A DNA stretch of 50,040 nt, the filler included, from Catajapyx aquilonaris (taxonomy: Eukaryota), in assembly GCA_000934665.2 (NCBI GenBank). It is 2 parts of 2 records of this genome, joined end to end, with 100 filler letters (N's around TTAATTAATTAA, not from the genome) between each part and the next. Parts side by side here need not be neighbours in the genome. Positions count along the whole stretch, not along the records: positions 1 to 24,916 come from KZ539353.1; 1 more part is not named here. One strand, given 5' to 3'. The stretch's first letter is position 1. Each line of letters starts with the position of its first letter. The notes beneath the pieces were generated by a model. That model saw only the letters and a list, made by a program, of their open reading frames with translations, did no database searches and was not told the origin of the DNA. Below, piece after piece: positions 10,601 to 21,335 of the stretch. The position numbers were made by a program, and so were the translations under genes.

Positions 10601-13600
10601 TAGTGCTGATGCAGGATCTGTTCAACGTCATTGATGATGTTGCCTCCAACAAAATTTCAGATCTTGACTCCATCAGATTAGGTTGCTCTGGTGAAAAGAG
10701 AGGCAGAAAAAACAATACATGAATACCTGCAGGCTATCATGACATCTGTGCCATAAAAACAACACAGCTAACTCATGGCATCCCTGAACACTGGCCTGCA
10801 TTTTATTGCAATATGGGTAATTCCATGGCAACAGAGACATGATCCAAAAATGAAGTCACTTATCGTGGTGTGGAGATGGCTTATTGAAAGCAGATCATTA
10901 TGTCACATGAAGTAAGCATAGCAACGTTCGGTACCTACCAGGTAGTAGCAGAACCATGGAATAGTAAAGATATAATAGTCGTAACTGACGCAACTTCGGA
11001 CTGTTTGGGAGGCATGGTGGTCTAGTGGCTACGCCGCTGGCCAGCCAAGCGGGAGGCCGGGGTTCAAATCCCGTCCCCGTCACCTCTGCTTGGCCGGGTC
11101 TTTTTCCGCTTTTCACCCGACATGCCGGAGCAGAATTGCACTCCCTTCTCTGCTCGGGGCCAGGAGAAAAGGTCTGGTGTTTAAGAGGGTCTGCAATGAC
11201 TAGAAACTACATGAGAGCGCCCTCCCTTGGGAAGCTACCCTTCCCCATACGCCCGTGGACCAGGGCGTTGCGACGAAAAAAAACTGTATGTAAAAATTGC
11301 AAAATAAATAAAGGTCCGTGCAATACCTCGAATGAGGTCCGCACTACCCAATTATTATTATTATTATTAACTTCGGACTGTTTGCTGCGTCAGTCACGTT
11401 AATCCTAATTTCACCTAACATGAACATGAATAGGCGTGGTCTAAAATAATCACAAAATTGCTTCTCCAGTGTAGATCACATGTCAGTTGGAAGATTACTT
11501 CTACACACATTCAGCGCACAGGGTTTCAAGTCACTACAGCACCCCCAAAGAGCCTGTCTTTCATGTTGCGTCAGTTACATTACATTAATGTTTTACAGAG
11601 TCCATTCAAGTTACTGTTGCAAAATAACAAAAATGTGGCAATAAGCTACCAGGAGGCAGCCACATGGGAATAATTTTAAATTCCTTTTCCATTAACATTT
11701 GCCATTGCAATAAATATAAGTAGAGCATGAATCCTGTCCAGGTGTTGCATCAGTTACAGTGGAATTGCTCATAAGCAAATTCGTCAATTTTAACATGTTC
11801 TTACAGAAATTGATTTTACCTCACAGGGTGCAGAAAATTTTCAAGACTACCACCAAAATCATCAAATCATGATTTTGGTCTATACTTGACAGTTACATGG
11901 AAACTTACACAACAGTAAAAATGAAAAATATTAACTTTGGTTTCTATATTAATAGGATTCTCTGAGAGACCTACGGCCTTTTGAGACATCTTTATAACCC
12001 TAGCTTTATTCAACTGCTAAGCTGGCATACTTAATAATGGCAGGATCCAGGAGAATAACTACAAAACTCACACAAATAAGAACAGAATGCATTGAAACTT
12101 TTTGCATGGGCAAATCTTCACCTGACCCATTGATTGAATGTGAGGACTCACAGATGGAAGGCTACTTCACCTTCTTCACTGATATGAACTCCTTCAAATT
12201 CTGCTGGCTTCCATTCCAATGCCCTGTCCTCCTTCCTCCCTGCTTCATAATCTTCCCCACTCTTTGATCTGGCCCACTGGTCTTCAAAGTTGGCCACTGC
12301 TTCCTGGAGTCCATCCCGAGATTTTGGCCTTGATGGTAAAGGTGGTGGAAGAGGTGGCAACCGGGGTAGTGCGTTGCATTCAGATCCTTCTTCCTCTGCT
12401 TCCGAGCCGTATCCTACAATCACATTTCGACCCCCGTTGAGACCTAGTAGGGTCTTGGCTGACTGGTGGCCCCTCCGTTTTAGGCGCACCTTCCTCTGAG
12501 TTCCCAACCGATCTCCCGACTCCCATGCTTGGGCCACAGCCTGTAAGCATACCAAAAAAATTTCACACTGAATAAAAAATTTAGGTATATAGGTCAAGAC
12601 CTTACTATAAATCTTGACAGCCTTAAAAACCAGCAGGGTATTCTCACTCTGATAAAATTAAAATAGGCAAACAGGAAACAATGCCATTAAAAGGAGGGCA
12701 ATGACATAAAGAAGGACTTAACATGTGCAATGGTTGACAGCTTGACTAAGGTGCAAAAGCAGTACGGGAGGTGCTGTACCAGAATAAAATTGCAGTCACT
12801 AAAACGTGCAAGGGCGCCCCCTGTTGTTTGAAATTGATGCCAGTGCATTACTCTAGCGTCTAGCACATTCACGTGCGCTCACACATACATGCCTGCAAGC
12901 AGTGCCACTAAACAATCAGGGCTACCAACAGCACACACCTGTGCCTTTAATTATTACCCTTATAGATCCCATCCATTACAGTTTGACAAAAAAAGGCAAG
13001 TTACTGATAAATTAGTTACTTTCTATTAAATTCTGTCCTTTGCTCTGACCTAATACATATACTAAATAATAATAAACCCCTGACAAAGCACAACCAGCAA
13101 CTGGTGCATAAAAATCCACAAAACTACAACATGAATCACTACTACTAAATTCACGGTGGAAGACCGGATAGGCTCCACCCCCTACCACTGGTCATGGCCA
13201 GCTCTGCTGCCAAATGTGGAAGGTTCGATGGTTTATGGCAGGTGACTCCTTTATTTACCTCTTCTACCCCAATAAACCCTATTGTACCTCTCCCCACATC
13301 CATCCCTCCCCTTGAGGCGATTGCCACTCTTGGCAACTCAGCAGGAGTGTGCCAAGCCGGGAAAAACGGTTAAGCTCTACTCCAATGGTATTTCTCCATA
13401 AGCTTTCCCTAATACTACAAAAATGTCGAACGTATTTCCAAACGTGATTTTTCAGTGGGCAGGGCCTATCCGGTCTTCCACCGTGAATTTAGTAGTACTA
13501 GCAACTGATGATTCATTACTATGAGAATTGCAAAACCTTACATAGCTCACAAATACAGATATTCATTAACTAATGTTATTGCATCAATAGAGTAAGCTAT

Positions 13601-14013
13601 GTTCATTTATATTTGTCTCCCAAAAATTTGGGTGCATTTTCATTTACAATTAAATTTTCTTTTTGCAGTGAACAAAACACAAAATATTAAACACTACCAA
13701 CCATGATGCCAAAATATCCCAGATAACTGTCTTTGAAAGATAATAAACAAGGGACACAGATTTTCAGATTAATTAGCTGAAGAAATTTAACACTGAGATA
13801 GCAATAATCTACCTGGCAATACTGGACAAAGTCCACATCAATATGATATCCATATGGACAGCATGTGCATCGACTGCGTGCCTTTGGCAGTCTGCATTGT
13901 AGGGGTTCACCAGGAGATGAGGCATAGTGGACATGATCAGAAGTGGGGAGGGATGAAGAAAAGGGAAGGGGGGGTGGAGGTGGAGAGGCAGTGGTTCTCT
14001 TCACCACCATCAT
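1481..14013 (-). CDS. Kank: KN motif and ankyrin repeat domain-containing protein (Kank), spliced CDS, 10 coding exons
   Basis: Exons assembled by hand with GT/AG boundaries and consistent phases: 14013-13813, 12540-12171 (donor uncertain, alternative 12152), 10687-10524, 9142-9062, 8819-8654, 7516-7346, 4092-2991, 2722-2470, 2299-1737, 1604-1481 (TAG). Diagnostic peptides: KN motif [15 protein letters not shown]; coiled coil [48 protein letters not shown]; ankyrin repeats [54 protein letters not shown]. Confidence 0.95.
1737..2299 (-). CDS. Kank: Kank coding exon 9 (ankyrin repeats)
   Basis: Five ankyrin-type repeats in ORF 1679..2359(-); acceptor aaccag|, donor AA|gtatgt. Confidence 0.95.
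2470..2722 (-). CDS. Kank: Kank coding exon 8 (pre-ankyrin helix region)
   Basis: [18 protein letters not shown]...QKEWFQVSS...[12 protein letters not shown]|gtaagt. Confidence 0.92.
2991..4092 (-). CDS. Kank: Kank coding exon 7 (large S/T/P-rich linker with DVGV/DAAV/SVGI-type motifs)
   Basis: Within ORF 2987..4123(-); acceptor ctttgcag|, donor AA|gtgagt. Repeated motifs RDVGVN, RSVGVM, KDVGVS, RSVGIT resemble the Kank middle region. Confidence 0.9.
4246..4403. repeat. Imperfect inverted repeat (~65-bp arms), probable MITE remnant
   Basis: gtgttgaacattaatcgagtcatactgctag... versus ...ctagcagtatgactcgattaatgtccaacac. Confidence 0.7.
4534..5483. mobile_element. Foldback element with ~175-bp inverted arms and internal tandem repeats
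   Basis: 4534-~4712 is the near-perfect reverse complement of ~5303-5483. The interior 4930-5180 holds ~20-bp repeats (gatagggctgtatccgctga) and GGTTA runs. Confidence 0.8.
6221..7083. mobile_element. Unclassified TIR element (~63-bp TIRs)
   Basis: ctaaagtctgtaaaacgaaagaacaatctgacgtcatcgttttgtttaccgactcctagtcaa / ttgactaggagtcggtaaacaaaatgatgacgtcagatcattctttcgttttatggactttag; no clear TSD. Confidence 0.75.
7346..7516 (-). CDS. Kank: Kank coding exon 6 (probable)
   Basis: Acceptor ttccctttccag|; 171 nt open frame ([43 protein letters not shown]...); donor G|gtaaat. Phase 1-1, so it could be skipped. Confidence 0.65.
7794..8334. mobile_element. PIF/Harbinger-like MITE
   Basis: Perfect ~33-bp TIR tgagtacgtttacatgggactaaaaatcggcct / aggccgatttttagtcccatgtaaacgtactca; internal ctacatggg repeats. 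Confidence 0.8.
8357..8522. mobile_element. PIF/Harbinger-like palindromic MITE
   Basis: aaaggtacgtttacatgtgagcaatttgacgag / ctcgtcaaatcgttcgcatgtaaacgaagcttt; shares the CGTTTACATG core with the adjacent element. Confidence 0.75.
8654..8819 (-). CDS. Kank: Kank coding exon 5
   Basis: [19 protein letters not shown]... continues the Kank coiled coil; acceptor gacag|, donor G|gtaatt (phase 1). Confidence 0.85.
9062..9142 (-). CDS. Kank: Kank coding exon 4 (conserved coiled coil)
   Basis: 81 nt, [27 protein letters not shown], flanked by ctgcag| and |gtaaga. Too short to appear in the ORF track. Confidence 0.9.
10524..10687 (-). CDS. Kank: Kank coding exon 3
   Basis: Polypyrimidine tract + caccag| acceptor; ends ...GANSLQ|gtaaga, in phase with the coiled-coil exon. 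Confidence 0.75.
11008..11368 (+). mobile_element. tRNA-derived SINE (family C)
   Basis: A-box tggtctagtgg, B-box ggttcaaatcc, (ATT)n tail, exact 16-bp TSD aacttcggactgtttg (10992-11007, 11369-11384). Confidence 0.9.
12171..12540 (-). CDS. Kank: Kank coding exon 2
   Basis: Acceptor ttacag| then [34 protein letters not shown]. The phase-compatible donor is AAG|gtgaag at 12170; a second donor-like gtgagt lies at 12151. Confidence 0.75.
13140..13497. mobile_element. Unclassified TIR element
   Basis: Perfect ~33-bp TIR tactactaaattcacggtggaagaccggatagg / cctatccggtcttccaccgtgaatttagtagta. Confidence 0.78.
13813..14013 (-). CDS. Kank: Kank coding exon 1 (KN motif)
   Basis: ATG ATG GTG at 14013 lies downstream of acceptor ttttctgcag (exon begins 14076). 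Encodes [21 protein letters not shown]. Donor CAG|gtag at 13812. Confidence 0.9.
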
Positions 14014-14270
14014 TCCAGGTTGTCTCTCCTCACATCAGCTTCCATGTCCTCACTCACACTGCTCCACACATTCTCCCTGCAGAAAAAGTGCTATTTGATA
14101 AAAACTCAAGGTCCATAAGCTAAAAATATCAAATACTGTAAATTCATCCCAACACAGACACACTTTTAATGTGCACAAAAAGTAGCTACTGTACTAATAG
14201 CATGCTAATTAAAAATTTTGCAATGAAAGTTAAGAAATAGTTATGCATATAAGTATATTATTTAGTTATA

Positions 14271-14836
14271 CAGGGTGGTCGGTAAATGGCGCACAAGCTT
14301 CAGGTAGCGAGATTCCTTGTGAAAAACCAGTATATGGAAGTGAAGGTCCTATTGCTCTACGATGCCTGGTTAGGGCTCATGAGGTCTCCAAAGTTTAGGC
14401 CAAATCATGACATCACATCCGCCCGCGAAATTCAAACATTACCGTATCGCTACAGTACACGGTTTGTTACCAGGCATTGACATGTTGACACCCCCCACAT
14501 TTTCATCAAACAATGGAACCGTATAAACTGGCGGGGACGTTGCCAGGCGTTTCCATACCGCCGTTGCCACGTGCCTGGCAACGTCCCTGCGAGTTTATAC
14601 GGTTCCGTTGTTTGATGAAAATGTGGGGGGTGTCAACATGGCAATGCCTGGCAACAAACCGTGTACTGTAGCGATACGGTAATGTTTGAATTTCGCGGGC
14701 GGATGTGACGTCATGATTTGGCCCAAACTTTGGAGACCTCGTGAGCCCTAACCAGGCATCGTAGAGCAGTAGGACCTTCACTTCCATATACTGGTTTTTC
14801 ACAAGGATTCTCGCTACCTGATTACCGACCACCCTG
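14271..14836. mobile_element. Tc1/mariner MITE, almost entirely palindromic
   Basis: TA|CAGGGTGGTCGGTAA ... TTACCGACCACCCTG|TA; ~270-bp arms pair nearly to the centre, which is why the ORF track shows the same peptide on both strands. Confidence 0.9.
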
Positions 14837-17800
14837 TATATGGTAAGAATTACAACTAGTATGAAACCTTCGATTCAAGACCAACTTCAAAAGTTTACTG
14901 CATAATAACTAGTACAACCTTTTAAAGTTCCTGCTTTGAGAGATATATGGTGAAAAAATTCAATGTAGGACAACGTATCGATATATCAGAAGTCAATGTG
15001 GCAATAAACAAAATCCTGGTACCGGTATCTAAATGATGTCCTCCCAAATGTCTAGCCTGCCAACTGCCACACACCCCAAACCAGTTTTACTTCATTCTGA
15101 CAATACATCACACTGAAATAAGCACTTTGTATGCCTGATCCTATCACTCAACCTGGATACATACCTAAATGTGACATAACCAGTGATATCCAGGGCTGAT
15201 GGCATCCAATTATGATTGATATCCCCAAATGGACGGTAAACAAAGCGCAAGGTTAATTCCCCACCTGCAGTAAGTCCATTTAGAGCTACCCTCATCGCCC
15301 TTGCCTTGGCCCACACACCGGAGACGCCCACACATGTAGGAGAACGTCACTTAACTGGCTCACGAAAGGCCATTACCATTGGCCGCCCTGTTATGCATGT
15401 GGGCTCCAGACGCTGCTATAGGAATAAATTTACAATCCTGTTCCACTCACTCAGGCATCTGGATGTAACTTGTTGACACTTTCTTTTACTCAGATTTCTC
15501 AATTATCAGTGAATGGTTCTATTAAGTTCACATCATTTGTCATCATTTAGCCTGACTTCTGATCAGTGGCATTTTCCATTAATTTTACATTTCACTGTAG
15601 AGGTTTTGAACCTGTGTGCAGACTCTTCCATCCAAAACAATAATGTCAGCCGCAAGAAAGCATAATTTTAAAACATCCAGTACATATTCAACTGTAACAT
15701 TCTGCACACATTTAAAACATACAAAAAATTTGAGCGACATGCATGGTACCAGTTGTTGTAAATACGAGTATATTACGCAAGCTGCATGCTGCATGGAAAA
15801 CAGGTGGTTGAAGTTGTCAGAATCCAACTGCCAGGAATGATCTATTCACGTCTGTTACTAACATGCAGCCTCCCCCATCCGGTTTCCAGGCAGAAAAATT
15901 GCCATTTATGTAACTGTGCATGCAAAATGGTCACGTGCTGGGCAGGATATGTCAACCAAGGACACTAGCTCTCAAGTCAACTCAGAATGAGGGCATACTC
16001 TTTCTCCTGTCAGATTAATTTTACAGTTCAAATACTTATATTCTGATTAAAAAGTTCAGGAGAAAGGTCAAATTTTACATGAAGTCGCCGTATTTACTGC
16101 ACATGTAATTACCATAATTACTACATTAGTCAGCAATGAGTTTGCATAAAATGCAAAGCAAGTCAGGTATGACTTCCCATTAATAATGAATCTAATTATT
16201 TCGCATAATACGATTAAATTGCCTTTCATCTCCCAGGTGTCTACTCATCTCCCTTGCTGATGGCAAGTACATGTTCAAAAACAGGTCAAGGTAAGAAGTG
16301 TGCTGCATTGCCAAGTGAGAGCATACTGGTTTGGCAATAATGCCTCAGGCCATTAGCAATGCCTGGGGATTCGCCCACACTTTTAATTAGGCGCACCCAA
16401 GGAGCTGTGCCCTCCTCCCATGCATTTAATCTGCACGCTCCACTGCAGAAATCATGGGCTGGTGAAGGAGTCATTAGAGTGGTGCAGCATATATGTGGAT
16501 TCTCAGCTCCTACAAACCCAGTCCATGAAGCAAGGTCACTTCATGTCTTTAAAAATAAAAGTGGCGTCACATGCATTCCTGCAGCTACCTCGTATTGCTT
16601 AATTAGCACTTTTTCATGCCTTTGGCTGTGAAGTATCCCTAACAGTAGCTTCCAACATCTGCTTTGTTCAGTGGGATAGGTTCAGGGATTAGGTTACATC
16701 CGGTTACATCATTTTGAAACTGGGACACTGATAAGGACATGTATCTGAGTCATAAACTGAACAATTTTCTATTATTATCTCTGCTTCAACCTCAGATCAA
16801 ACTACTATCAGTGCCATAAGTTGTTTGCTTTTAGTTGTGGCATCATCATTCATATGAACAATTAATGCTTATCACCTTTGTGTAATCTTTCAAAAAGAAA
16901 AAAGCTCTACTTTCATTAGAAGAAAGCAACAAATTTTTGGAAACCATATGTCTAACTTTCCATCACCACACGAAATCTCGATTTCTCATGCAAAGCTACA
17001 TGCTGCGTAAGCACTGAAAGGCAGAAGAAAACAGTGGGGTACAAACATAAAAATGGCATGTGCGATAGTTAAGCAGCAAAAAAAAGTTTCTCATCCCAGA
17101 TAACAGATATCAGGTTTTTCCAGTCATGCTTACATGATCCACAAAAAAGGACTGTTCTGTGCAGTGTGTTGTAATGTTAACAAATGCAAGTGAAAAATTG
17201 TGCTGACAATATGCTGCAGAGTAATCTGCAAACCAACTTGCCTTTTTAAGCATTTAAGGCCCAGTTGCATAGAAGATTTTACTCAGGAAAGGCATGCTTA
17301 TGGTGGAAACAATCTATGGTACCAAGAATGCCCATTAGCTGTCATCAATTACAATTAAGAAAGGATATGTTGTCAGATTGATATCATTGTGCACCATGAT
17401 CATTTTTAGTGGAAATTGTTCATAATGATATCACATGAAATGTGAAATACAGGTTTTAAACTATGTTCCCAGAAGTTGTGAAAATCAGGACTTGAACGTA
17501 GAGAATTTGTAAATTTATGGCTTTTAAAAATTTTGCCCATAAAGAACACTGAAAAGCTGCAAAATCTTTATAGCATTTTAAAGACAGTGGTAGATATGAA
17601 ATTTTTATAGTTGTACATTGTTCACTAAAACTGATTACTAATAAAAATGCTGTTTTGAAAAACCTGGTTGCAAAATCTGCCAAGACTCAAAATGATCTCT
17701 TTTAGTGGGAAAATTAATATCCCTATGCCAATTCGGTTAAGTTCAGGTTCGAGTGAACAGTATGTGATTCCAAAAACTGCCATCAGACTTATTATCTATC

Positions 17801-18571
17801 ACTGCCGAAAAATTACAATATAATTTTTCTACAAGGTTCTTACTGTCTGCATTGACCAATTGAAAACTTTTTAAAATTCACGACATCAACGCTTGATCAA
17901 CGCTCAAATTTTCACAACCCTGAGAACAGACAAAACTTTTGTCACCTAACATTATTAGGAACAACTTCCAGTGAAGATTACTGTGGGATTACCCAATCTT
18001 CTGATAATGTCCGCACTTAGCACCAGATACTGCAGGTAAATAACTTTACGTTGCTCGCTGTTAAAAAATAATATGCCTGCACAATACTGTCAGGATCAGC
18101 CCACACATTTCTAACAAACTACACTACGATACTGCAGCTCAATTGTGCTCACGCACACTTTGTAATCTCCACATTACAATGCCGATGCCTTTGTTTTTAT
18201 AAAACCAACCTATAAAAATCCACATTGAAAAAATTCAAAGGCACACTCCTTGCTTGTGCTTATGCATTTGATGTTACACTAGGTGTTGCCCACCCTGGCC
18301 TCTTGCCCAGACATGCACCTCAGCCTCCCCCACATGTGCGTAACCCACCGGCCAACAGGCCAACACATATTTTTTTCTCACCAAATCTCCCCCGACGACC
18401 ACCTGTTCTGACAGCACCCGAAATCTCCTTCCCCCGAAATTCCACAACTTCCCTTCCTTGCCTCCCACCCAGGTTCCTCCAGTGGGAGTGGGCCAGCTTA
18501 TACTCACCCACACATGCATCCCCGATCCCCCTGTCTCCAAGCAAGGGAGGCGGCTGATCCCACACACTCAC

Positions 18572-18690
18572 CTCCTCAGGTTTGCCTTTCTCCAGCGCTT
18601 CTCCTCCTCCTACCAGCAGCTGCCCCCCCGCTTGTCTGCCTCCCACCAGTGTTGCCGGTTCAAATCACCCGCACCATCACATATATTATC
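18572..18690 (-). other. Probable non-coding first exon of Kank
   Basis: Strong donor GAG|gtgagtgt at 18571 at the edge of a GC-rich stretch. It could splice to the acceptor at 14077. No in-frame ATG found; the upstream boundary is a guess. Confidence 0.45.
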
Positions 18691-19198
18691 AGAATACAAT
18701 TTAAATTCCTAATTATAAATTATACATTTTGCATATAAATAAACAGAGCTTGAAATATCACGTTCGATTTGGATGGTGCTGCCATCTGCTGCTTGTTGTA
18801 CGCTGCTGAGGTTAACACGGTCAAGTTTTGTTGTGGAACTGCTGAGCAGTGGTTGGTCAATGTGGCTCAATGCTGGTCTGCAATTGGATGAGCCAAGATG
18901 TGACGCAATCGCAGTTGACAGGGTGATGAAGTGGAGATTGTACAGCTGCTGATGGACAAAGATTCGGCTGGATTCTGGACGTTTGGGCTTGGATGTTATG
19001 TGAATGGGTGAGTTGGCCGGGTTTGAACTACCTCTGGGTCACAGTGGGCAGCAGGGGACTGTTGACAGGACCAGGGATCCTGACAGGACCAACTCTGCAT
19101 GTAAATGACCCTGGTTGTGTTGGAACTAGTGATGGAACAGGGGTTGATGGACTGCATTTAATGAGGTAATGCTTTCCACGCTTTCCACAGTCTCAAGC

Positions 19199-19881
19199 AT
19201 GGCAGAGGCTGCAGCTGGGGATGCCGCAGATGAGAACGCCCCGCTCAAATCACAGCACAGCAGGCGACGCTCCTTTGTCCGCTTCGTAAACAAGACCCAG
19301 AGACAAGTGGACATCATCTGGATCAACTATGAGGGAGCCAGGATAAAGTACAAGGTGATGCACAAGGAATAGTAAATGTGTGCTTACAAGTCTGGCAGAG
19401 AGTTGTATGAGATTTCCTGATAGTGGCGTAAGAGCGTTTCCAACGGTTTCCAAGATGATCATGCATGAAGCACTTCCATCCACACATATGCCAGTATTTT
19501 CCCAGTAGTGTACAAAGTTTCAGAGCAATACAAATAATCTTTCACTTACAGACTCTGGGTTCCGAGGAGTTTATCGACGTCGACACATTTGTGTCCCACC
19601 CGTGGATCTTCCGTGATTCATACACCCGGGACATGCTCGTGGCTCGGTCCAGCCCAGTGTTCTGTCCCCCACAGTGGGTGCACCCCAGTGGGAGTACCCG
19701 ACCGCAGAGGTACCTAGTGCACATCACCATTCCTGTGTATAGCCTGAGGGAGAGATGCTTGCAGGTGGTGCGAGGGATGCTGACCAGACATGAGCATGCC
19801 TTTCAACTCGGCATTCCTGCCAACCTGCAGCAAGAGCTGGCAGCCAGATCCTGTGCAGGTCCCCCTCGTGCTATTGTATGA
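19199..19881 (+). CDS. Vhl: von Hippel-Lindau tumour suppressor homologue (E3 ligase substrate receptor), 2 exons: 19199-19354 and 19552-19881
   Basis: [59 protein letters not shown] matches the VHL beta domain; [17 protein letters not shown] is the BC-box. Intron 19355-19551 is GT..AG, phase 0. Alternative in-frame ATG at 19169. AATAAA at 19962. Confidence 0.95.
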
Positions 19882-20411
19882 TTCTCACAAAAGTGGTCTT
19901 ATTGTCAACTTGTGCCATTGTTGTCTATATCTTTCCATCCTCCTCCTCCTCCTTAAGATTTAATAAAGAGTTGTTTTGTTATGCATACTGCCCATGGAGT
20001 AAGTCACTTGTACACCATAGAGGACATATTATATGGAGGTCAAAGAAGTCAGGAAGTCACTCGTACATTGAAATCCTGAATGGCTTACCCCTCGATACTG
20101 GCTCTTGATTTGTACTGGTTACTATGTGAATTCGTATCATTTGTGTTTGGAGAGACATACATTACCATTTTTTAAGCAAATAATAAAATTTTTACAATAT
20201 CAACATTTTCCCTAATATATTCAGGTGAAACTGCAAGATCTTTCGGGTCTCCCTAAGTGAATCACAGTCTAAGTTTGAGAAACTATTACACTTGTAGATC
20301 CTTGGTCAGTGATCAGGATCCCAATGCAGACTGACTGTAAGTTAGTGTGGTTACTGCATATTGCGTGTTACCGTATGGAACACTAGTAACTGCGATCAGG
20401 ATAGTACAGTA

Positions 20412-21335
20412 GGGGAGACTGGGGCACAGTGGACCTTTCCATTTTAAAAATCGAAAAAGCCGCCAAATTTTTTTCATCTGGTACCTCGTGAAACAAGTCA
20501 CTGCCATGCTCCTGCCAACATGGCTGGCAACGGCTAGCGATCGATCGATCGATAGATATCCAGTGAAATCGATTTGAAGATAAGTGAAGTAAATTACTAA
20601 CCCACAGTTTAAATGCCACTTCAGGCGTAGATGTTGGGCATGAGCCTGATATAAAAATCTTGTGGAATAGTTCCGCCCTTTGCCCATGAATTACCGGAAG
20701 TTTGGTCAGCCTAACTTGCAATCGAAGTTACAATCATAGCATTATGTCAGTTGCTGCTGTCCGGGGCACAGTGGTCCAGTCGTTTGCGGGGCACAGTGGT
20801 CCATGTACCACTGTGCCCCGAAATGCACACTGTGTCCCGAAATGAACAGCTGTAAAAAAAATATGTGAGACAATTATTTTAAAAATGTGAATTAGGTAGA
20901 AAAAGGGCAAAACTGATTTTGACAAACCACCCTCCAAATGAACAACTGTAAAAAAAAAAAGGTGAGACAATGCTTTTTAAAATGTGAATTAGGTAGAAAA
21001 AAGGGGCAAAACTGTGATGTTGACACATCCTCAAATTGAACAGCTGTAAAAAAAAAATGTTAGGCAATGATAATAAACTTCTTGTGTGAATTAGGGGTCC
21101 CAATCACTTCCGGACCACTGTGCCCCACCTATTGGGGTACAGTGGACCATTTGCAGGGGGTCGCTTCTAAATTTTTTTAAAGCCAAAAGGATGGCACTGC
21201 CTGTGAATATAGTAGTGACTTATATTACCAAGGAGTATCTCCACCATGCCTGAAAATATGGGGTGTGTAGGTATAACAGGTAGGTATATAAAAATTCTAA
21301 TGTGCAAAAGTGGTCCACTGTGCCCCGGTCTCCCC
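20412..21335. mobile_element. TA-targeting MITE (pogo/Tc1-like)
   Basis: TA|GGGGAGACTGGGGCACAGTGGACC ... GGTCCACTGTGCCCCGGTCTCCCC|TA; ggggcacagtggtcc repeated internally (~20763, 20788, 20808, 21113, 21134); ~105-bp tandem unit at 20840-21095. Confidence 0.85.

Noticed and set aside
14286..14832. Duplicated small protein gene on opposite strands
   Set aside because: Artefact of the palindromic MITE; the same applies to 4457..4915 / 5300..5515 and 4176..4440.
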